Shown here piece by piece: positions 53,846 through 64,000 of a DNA stretch of 64,000 nucleotides (position 1 is the first letter of the stretch; each line of letters begins with the position of its first letter). The translations under genes were made by a program, and so were the position numbers. This DNA comes from Eledone cirrhosa (Eukaryota): NCBI GenBank assembly GCA_964016885.1, contig OZ024745.1, positions 125,116,001-125,180,000 of the forward strand, read 5' to 3'. Below the pieces are notes generated by a model that was given only the letters and a program-made list of their open reading frames with translations, was not told where the DNA came from and ran no database searches.

Positions 53846-54281
53846 GATAATGGTTTCTTATACAGGCACAAAGCCAGCAATTTTAGGGGAGAGATAAGTC
53901 GATTAAATCGACCCCTGTGCGGGAATGGTACTTTATTTTATCGACCCCGTAGGATAAAAAGCAAAGTTAACTACGGATCATAAAGGGCCGTAACTCTATG
54001 CTGCAAAGCATGGCGTTCGACACTCTACCAATACTGCCAATCCACCGCACTTTGAATGCGATAATGATTTCTAGTATAGGCACAAGGCCAGTAATTTTTT
54101 TTGGGGGGAAAGTCGATTAAATCTACCCCAGTGCATGACTGGGACTTTATTTTATCGACCCCGTAAGGATAAAAGGCAAAGTTAACCTCGGCGGGATTCG
54201 AACTCAGATCATAAAGGACAGTAACTCTATGCTGCAAAGCATGTCGTCCGACCCTCTACCAATACTGCCAATAAACCTCGC
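53846..54281 (-). mobile_element. Two tandem tRNA-derived SINE copies (53846-54050 and 54060-54281)
   Basis: Reverse complements of 1806-2034. Confidence 0.85.
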
Positions 54282-55120
54282 TTTGATTATGATAATGACA
54301 TATTATATTAAATATTTAAATATCTAACAGTATCACTATAGGATTTAACAAGATAATAACATGCTTTATTTAAAACTGAATGTTATTTCATTAAACACAA
54401 TTTAAATATGTAGAACTATGCACATATTTGTTATGAAATTACTGTACAGAGCTTGCTTAAAGCGGGCTTTATTTAATAATTAATAGATTAATAATAAAAT
54501 ATATTGGGATACTACGGAGGAATAAGTAAATTGTTTAATCGTATGAATTTCCGGCATAAATTAATATATAATTATATATAATTATATTAATATATAAACT
54601 GATATATAATTTTTGAGGTAAAGACCCCTGATACGCTTAGTGAAATTAGATTAAGCTAATAACTGGAAAGAGAACTGAAGAGGAAAATAAGAGTCAAAAT
54701 GATAAAAAGACAAACAATATAATCAAAGGGAGAACGAACTGGATAGACCTAGATGGATGAACTAATAATTATTTCTGTTGGTTTTTGTTTGTTTTTATTA
54801 TCAATTTAATATGTAGTGAGTGTCCTTTATATACTTATAAAACAGAAGTTTGTTTGTAAGTTAAATAATACCAAATAAAATTGATAACAATTAAGGTTTT
54901 TTGTGTGTTTTCAACTAATCTGATCTCCAATGAGCTCGCTGTCGACTTATTTTCCGGGAAGAAAATGAGGGTGAGATTCGAGTAAGAGGAGAATTTGGTG
55001 CTCTTTTTATCACCTACCTAATGTCTGATCCTCTGTACTGCTATCTTAATACAGAGGGTGAAACACTAGTCCACCTCACACTCAATCTCCGTTCTCATCT
55101 CTTTAATTAACTACAAATTA

Positions 55121-55320
55121 NNNNNNNNNNNNNNNNNNNNNNNNNNNNNNNNNNNNNNNNNNNNNNNNNNNNNNNNNNNNNNNNNNNNNNNNNNNNNNNN
55201 NNNNNNNNNNNNNNNNNNNNNNNNNNNNNNNNNNNNNNNNNNNNNNNNNNNNNNNNNNNNNNNNNNNNNNNNNNNNNNNNNNNNNNNNNNNNNNNNNNNN
55301 NNNNNNNNNNNNNNNNNNNN
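55121..55320. other. Assembly gap (200 N)
   Basis: Read directly. Confidence 1.
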
Positions 55321-56099
55321 CTTAAATTAAAATAATGTAAAAGTATTTACTCCCTATATTTCTTTCTATATTGTGTAATTGATTTTAAATATTACTTTCC
55401 TGTAACCTAATGTAAAAAATTTACTAATGTCTGAGAAATTGAATTCTTACATTCATTTTATCGTTTATGTTTTAATGTGTAAGTATGTATGAATTACGAA
55501 TGAAGAAATTATAATGTGAACATGTCACGTGGTGCAGCATCATTGTGTCAAAATATGTAACAGACACAAATCGTCTATGTTTATGTAAATAGTTTTGTAC
55601 CTATATCCTTTTCTTTAATTCTTTCAGTTCTACTTGTTCAGAAAATTAAGTAGTAGTTAATATTAATTAAAAGGTTAATTGCTCTCTAATACTTTAACTT
55701 CTCAATGAATGGATGATATATATATATATATAAGATATCCCTGAGAGAAGCAATGTTAAATATTAAATTTAAGTGACAAAAAATCTATATTTATTGGAGG
55801 ATAAGCGAGACAGACAAAATTAAATTAGTCTCACGTGAATTGGATCATACGGTTTTTGGCTGCTATTTTTAGCGTCATTATAAGCCTGTCACATAGTCAT
55901 AATATATGAAGAAATATTTGATAATTTAATAGTTCACCAACATAACGTATTTTGGACAGCATGCTGCTTCGACAATGGAAAGGTGTGTATAATTTCATGA
56001 TCAATATAGCCTCTTAGTTTTGAAGAATAACACCCGTGAAGAATATCACGGATTTTTCCAATTTTGGTTTTTCCAATAATTTATTTCTTCCAAGATTGC

Positions 56100-56400
56100 A
56101 GGGAGAAAGTTTGGTAAGCATGGCAATGTTCAGTCAAGTTTGGCTGCAGGGGATTACCATCTCAAACAGTATGGTGAAGGCTCACTGCCATTGGAAAGAC
56201 ATGACGTGAGAGGAATGCTGCAGATCGAAGAATGGAGATGACAGCAGAAAGGGGCTCTCGTTGGCTCTAGAGCAGGTAAGAGGAGATAAGCTGGAAACAA
56301 AAATACGAGCATCTGCAGTAATTAGACCACCATTGCTGACCCACCAGAGAGATGATGTTACGGTTGAGAGTTAAAACAACCTATGAGCGTTAGACATCGC
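56100..56400 (+). mobile_element. Possible decayed RTE/RTE-X 3' remnant
   Basis: GC-richer island. The TAIGKT..AADR..W.MTA..G-like text resembles the WE..AADR..WR motif. Confidence 0.3.
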
Positions 56401-56663
56401 CAAGGCTATGTATACCGAAGGTGAATAAATGTGAGACATCTTCTTGAACATGTAAGTATGCCTATATACATACATACATATATATGCATAGCGAACGTTT
56501 CCACGAACAAAAGTATCGTCTTCCTGTCTCCCTCCGGTTGCAACGTTTTTTTAAATATCCACTTCTGCGTTTACAGATTGACTTTGTTAGTTTCAGAAGA
56601 TCCCGTTAAAGGTGAAAGCAGCGATTCTTTGCTTAAACTTTAATCTGTTATTTTAATAAATAC

Positions 56664-57108
<445 letters not shown>

Positions 57109-57191
57109 TTTGTGTATAGTGGTAGCTATGGTGCTTCCGTAGGCGGTATGCCAAAATTAGCACTCGATATTCATCAGAGTAGAGTGTATAC

Positions 57192-57471
57192 ATTATAAAG
57201 AAAACGAAAAATCAGTGATGCATCTGGACTTAGTTTATTTCGTATTACAGATGTTTCGCCGGCATGTAGCTCGAGTCATGGTCCTTGTATGGATCTGGCT
57301 GATTATTCTTCTCCGGGTTCTTTCAGACACGGGTGTAATGTCCGGAGCAAATGTTATCACAAAATTTTATCTTAAAATGTTTTCATAATATTTTATCATA
57401 AAATTTGCTCCGGACATAACACCCGTGTCTGAAAGAACCCGCAGAAGTAGAATCCTCACTGACTTTTCGTT

Positions 57472-57478
<7 letters not shown>
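57192..57478. mobile_element. Penelope-like fragment with nested inverted repeats and a variant hammerhead
   Basis: Inner arms 57308-57352 / 57403-57447 and outer arms about 57192-57218 / 57456-57478. The minus strand at 57331-57241 reads CGUGU-CUGAAAGA..CCGG...CCGGC-GAAA-CAucUG-UA-AUACG. Confidence 0.6.
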
Positions 57479-57501
<23 letters not shown>

Positions 57502-57502
<1 letters not shown>

Positions 57503-57824
57503 TTCGTTTCTGAATTTGCTTAGCAAGATTCTTTATCTGAAAACGTGTGTTGAAACCGATATTGTTATACTTTGGGAGGGTCATGTTGCCAATAAGAAAC
57601 ACACGCAACAGTTGCTTTCACTTCAATTTATTATAATAAATGTATAAATTTAGGAATTTATAAATTTCCGGTTGGTTGGTTGGTTCGTTGGTTCCACAAC
57701 CAGATGATTGTTTATATATTGTCAACATTCTTTCGTCACACATTCTGTGACCTCTTCAGTGACTGGGGATTCTTTTCTTTGTTTTTGTGCCTCGCCTTTG
57801 TTCTGTCCTACGCCATCTTGTTTT

Positions 57825-57825
<1 letters not shown>
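57502..57825 (-). mobile_element. Hammerhead-bearing Penelope-like short repeat, family A copy 3
   Basis: Homologous to 17121 and 36022. The core lies at 57763-57721, and the copy abuts (TA)n. Confidence 0.75.
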
Positions 57826-58902
<1,077 letters not shown>

Positions 58903-59037
58903 GAAAATCCTGTTGATAAAAACGACTCTATATTTGAAGCGTTTAAACACAATACTGTCTGATGAAGTTCCAAATAAATACCAGAATAAAAAAAAGTATT
59001 CGTTTCCGCTAGAGACTACATCATTATTACTGTTATA

Positions 59038-59072
<35 letters not shown>

Positions 59073-59074
<2 letters not shown>

Positions 59075-59601
59075 GGCCAGGAAGAGCAGGAAATTTTCCT
59101 CTGTCTGGTGGCAGTTGCGAAAGAGATTATATGGTGGACAAGGTTGAAAGGACTAAAGACAGACACTTTTCTCTTCGGCCAATCTCTTATCAACTTCTTC
59201 AAGTTCCACCTGGAAAGGAAGGTGAGAGTGGAGAGAGAAGTCCTGCCCCCAGTACATTTGCTAAAATGTGGGTGAATGTGGCGAGAATGGCTCGTGTGAA
59301 TGGGCCTACTCTGACCATGCGACTATAGGCTAGTTAAGAGAGGGGTGCTCTCCCTGGGTGCCCTAGAAGCGCAGGGTGGTTCAGGATTGGTGGGGTACCC
59401 GAGTCACCCCAGGGTCGTCCACCCCCTATCGGGGAATTTATTTTGTTATATTTATGCATAGTTTATTTTATATTTTTATATTTTCATTGTTAAATTAGTC
59501 TTGCCATTGTGCACTTTTACTCGACCTTATTGTAAACCCCCACTGTCCCTGTCTTTGTATTGTCCCCTACTTGTCGGCCCTTGTGGCTAATAAATGAAAT
59601 C
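59073..59601 (+). mobile_element. L1/Tx1-clade 3' fragment (different 3'-UTR subfamily)
   Basis: IFLCLVAVAKEIIWWTRLKGLKT..WVNVARMARVNGPTL is homologous to 10300-10549. It ends CCCTTGTGGCTAATAAATGAAATC, with (TTA)n on both sides. Confidence 0.9.
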
Positions 59602-59629
59602 ATTATTATTATTATAATTATTATTATTG

Positions 59630-59903
59630 TTCTTTGAGTCTCAGTCATTGATGTTAGTTAACTGGAAAGTTTGTTGAAATGAATATCAAGCCACTACCTG
59701 CAGCCTCAGATATTCAGGACGTTTCGGAGGGTTCTTGCTGTTCCCAGCAAGCATGCCTTTTGAAGCGTTCCAAAAAGCGTGGCAGGGCCAATTTTCTTTA
59801 ACCATCCTTGGAAACTCCTTGAGATAGTACCTAGTGCGCCCATGACAATCGGGACCACTTTGACTTCATGGCAGTTCCAAATCCTTTTTACATGGCAGTT
59901 CTA
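59630..59903 (-). mobile_element. R4/Dong-type short 3' fragment
   Basis: Near-identical to 10855-11113 and 49807-50066. (TTA)n flanks both sides, and there is a short duplication CATGGCAGTTC at the 5' junction. Confidence 0.92.
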
Positions 59904-59904
59904 A

Positions 59905-59958
<54 letters not shown>

Positions 59959-60734
59959 GGCAACGTACGTAGGAAATCGTATTATCGTGAGCTCCACAAA
60001 GTTTGTTGTTTTCAGTTGTTTCAAATTACCAGTTATGGACAACGTTTGTTTATAAGTTCACATATATTGCTTTCTGAAAAGGACACAAAAGATATTGGGG
60101 CCTTTCACGGGTCATGTTGCGAATATCTCCGCCTTACATTTTGGCTGTGTTTAGCTCTAGATATGATATCAGGAAGTTGATGTATTATCAAATGTGTTCC
60201 AGTTTTGAGCATTTTATTATGAAGGTGTATATAGAGACACGTAAGCCACAGCGGTGTCCAATTTCAAGACCATTTTATTCATCTCCTAGCAGTGACAAAC
60301 TAAAGGCTTCCATGTTGGTCCATATCAGTTAGTAGTATTGTTGGTAATATTCTGAAAATTGCGTTATCATATTTGGCAAAAGCCATTGTTATTTTGAAAA
60401 GGTATTGTCTACATAACTTTCCTTGTCAAGAATTCGCAATAAATGGCAGCTCTGTTTTATCTGATTACTCCCTGTTCTTTTTTAAGCAAAAGGTGCATTG
60501 GGCAGTCTGAGGTGGGAAAATCACGGATGGAATGCATGAAGATAAACAACAGTAACTTTATAGGTCATTGTTGCTAACACGTCATGTATTACCAACACAT
60601 AGTGGGCTGTACGCACCTTTGACGGAGTCCGACTCCCACATTGAATGGTTTCGATTTAGCACCACTAATCCGAAAACAGATACGAATAAAATAATATTTT
60701 TGCGATATATTTATTATTATCACTATCGTCATTA

Positions 60735-60912
60735 TTAGTATTTCTATTGGCACAAGGCCAGTAATTATCCCAGTGCATTACTTGTGTTTTATTTTATCGA
60801 ATCTGTAAGGATGAAAGACAAAGTAAACCTCGGTGGGATTTCACCTCAGACTATAAAGGCCATAACTCTTTGCTTGCAAAGCATGGCGTCCGACCCTCTA
60901 CCGAGGCTGCCA
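60735..60912 (-). mobile_element. tRNA-derived SINE
   Basis: Reverse complement of the short subfamily (GGCACAAGGCCAG..CCCAGTGCATTAC..AAGGATGAAAG..ACCTCGG). Confidence 0.8.
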
Positions 60913-61740
60913 GGTCTATCATAATTGTCAAATATCATTCGTCTAACATTAGGGGCGATGAGAGATTGTTTAATCTTAACATTTCGTACCAATGTGTCTA
61001 ACCTTTAATAATTACTAAGCATATTTGAGATTTGGCGAGAAAAGTGTTTATTGTTTGTAGAGTGTTAAATGGATTTCTCACATGTTTGAAGATGAACTGA
61101 AAATAAATATTTACTAAGATCGTAAAGCATGTTACAAATTGGCAGTTGCTGTAATATATGATGCTACTGTTCTTTGGCCTATACACTATTGCATAAAAAT
61201 AATTTTCATTAATTTAAACCTTTTTTGTACGGATATATCATTTATTGCATGGCCTTTGTCTCTAGTTAACAATGTGTTTATGACCCTCGATCTCTTCATT
61301 TACATATTGATACAAACGGATTATTATTATCATTCAACTTTCTAATGGCATTCGCTTTGTGGATTTCAGTAAAAGAAATGCTCACCTTATATAAATAGCT
61401 TCATTTGCATTAATATCATGTATATTGAAATGCAAACAACTTAACAGTGGAATGTGCTTCGCCGAAATTTAGTATATACTAGACCTTCCGTGACCCGGTG
61501 GGTCATGTTCACTTGAAAATATTTTTAAAAATCATGTTTACTTATAAATAATTTTCAAATAATTAAAATATACAGTCATGTATATAATGTGAAATGAAAC
61601 TGGAAGACCCATATATATACGTGTGTGTATGTATATATATAAATGTGTGTGTGTGTGTGTGTGTATACATGTATATATGTATGCGTATATATATATGGGT
61701 GTCTGTGATCTATATGCAATAGTCATAGACACACACAGAG

Positions 61741-61791
<51 letters not shown>

Positions 61792-64000
61792 ACACCAACA
61801 GCAGCCCCCTCTCTCTCTCTCTTCCATTCTCCTTCTCTGTCAACTCTCCCTCTCTTTATGTCTCTCTCACAACCACTATCTCTTTACCTCTATTTTTCTC
61901 CCCTCCCCCTCCCCTCTCTCTCTCTCTGTTTATGAAGGTACCCAGAAACACCCCATATCTCGGGAACCCGTGAAACTTGATTTATTTCATGTTTTTCCCA
62001 TTTCAGGGTCAGCGTCCTTTCAAAGTATTTCCCCATTATGCGACCTTTTGACTGTATTACATTACAGACACGCAAGCAAGCAAGCAATCACAGAGTTTTA
62101 GTAGTATATAGATTAACTCACTAATATTCTCTAGAATAAATAATACTACAAAGTGCGTCAACAGTCCCTTATTACCCTATCTCTCCACGTATCTCCTTTG
62201 TTTCGCTTCATTTTCTATTCATCTTTTAGACAAACAAGATAACTCTTCTCTATATTCAAAAATCGCAGACGATTGGAAAGTGCTTGGAATAGTAGCTTTG
62301 TGTGACGTCATCTTGTACAGCAAATTTTAATAACTTACTGTTTTTCTAACTCTAACATAGATTAATTTAGGCTGAAACAGGGCAGCACCAGTTTCTTTAG
62401 ATTTCGAATTTTACTTTACATATGCCTGGAACTATATGATCATGGTGACACAATCTATTAAAATGTCAAACATACATAATTGTATGTAAAATTCAGGAAC
62501 AATCATCCTCAACCAGTAACCTCAAATTATCTGAAAGCTACATAAGCGCACTTAATTTCGGACATTTACAAAACTAGATTTTCAGTCAGCAGCGATTTTA
62601 TGTTGAATTAGCTGCTTTGAAACCGGATGTTCTTGGTGAAATCTACATTTTGTTTTAAATTAGCATTATACGAAGGTAATGACAATCTTTATTATATGCA
62701 ATAATAAGTTGAATTAATTTCCCAAGTTTAATAGTTTCGTGTCCAAGGAGAGTAAAATGTCTCATATTTTGAGCAGTGAATTCCTTTAGAATTGCCCTCA
62801 GAGTGGCTGAAAAGGATTGTCTATTTGTCCAATGGATACACATAGATTTTCATTAGCTCACTTGAGCAGAGAGCAGAGTAACATATTCCGATGTTCCATT
62901 GAACGGAAATATGTAAGAAGACTTCAAAATATATTCCCCAAATTCACTATACATTCCAGTGAAATATTTTATGCCGCGCGCATATTTTATTTGTATTTTT
63001 CCCCCGATAAACTTAAAACCGTAAGTGTTACTGTTTGATGTATGGAAAAAATAGATATCAGTAACGAAATGGGTATACATTATGTGATGTTCTTTTAGCA
63101 CAAATCATAATTTCAAGCATAGTTTGTCCACAAATAGATGAAATAGTTTTAACATCAATCAGAAATACATTTTAATTATTTATTAAATGCTTCCAACTCA
63201 AGAACAGTTATACATGCCATAAATAATATATCTCCTGTATATAAAGTTGATAGCATACTGTCGTAGAAGTAATATTTTCTGAATATGACAGCGTTGATAA
63301 CATTTATAAAGAAGTGGTGAAGTTAATGAATTTAGTAAAATTATTCCTTCAGCTCATCAATCAAATACAATACATTCTAGTGCCTTAGACATTTCAGGAC
63401 AGATGTCCGTTGTACTACTGCAAGACTTTCTGTTCATGAAACAATTCTGTCTAATTTGATTAATAAATTTATTTCTTGCAGCTAACTGATCGCTTTCCTG
63501 ATTTTGTTAGAGAGGCAGCTACGTTTATGACTGATGCCAACAAAAATTCATATTAACCCAATAAAATAGAAATAGTAACATACCATTTCATTGCAAATAA
63601 TTAGTAACTAAGGATGTATGTGAATGCATGTCCGTGATTTGTATATGTGCTTAATACAGAATTGATAAATGAAAGTTTTCTATACAGAAGCATGCTGCAT
63701 GTTCAAGTAAATTTCATTACATTAATAGGTTTGTATATAAAAGTATTTAATTCTTCCAAGGTAAAAACAAAGTATTTTTTCAATTGTCAGTATGCCAACA
63801 GTTTCTGATAACATAGCTGAAGCATTATAGTGACAATATATGTATAATGAATATGCTGAGTATGTAAATGTGGGGGAGGGGCCTAAGGTTATAGATGATG
63901 TGTTGATCTTGAGTTCTAACCTCATTTAACTTCACCAGGGAAAAAAAAACATTCATTAATGTAAAATCAATTCCTTGAAGAGTTAACATTGGGAATAAAT

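Overview
AT-rich eukaryotic intronic or intergenic DNA. The SINE and microsatellite content looks like an octopus or other coleoid cephalopod; this is inferred from recognising the repeats and was not verified. No intact host gene is visible, only two or three weak candidate exons, and almost all long ORFs in the track are microsatellite artefacts. The window holds: a complete but decayed 4.2-kb Gypsy (Mag-like) LTR element with 237-bp LTRs and a GTTTT TSD; five R4/Dong-type RLE non-LTR copies; four L1/Tx1-type copies; RTE, CRE and mariner remnants; about 13 tRNA-derived SINE copies; many Penelope-like fragments with type-I hammerhead ribozyme cores; and a 200-N gap. Two recurring patterns stand out. 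(1) A (TAA)n microsatellite niche: Tx1-like and R4/Dong-like LINEs insert in opposite fixed orientations (three tail-to-tail pairs and one seamless head-to-head chimera), and the SINE shares the Tx1 3' tail. (2) A (TA)n niche of short hammerhead-bearing elements that repeatedly form fold-back palindromes, including a near-perfect 273-bp palindrome with an apparently intact hammerhead on each strand.
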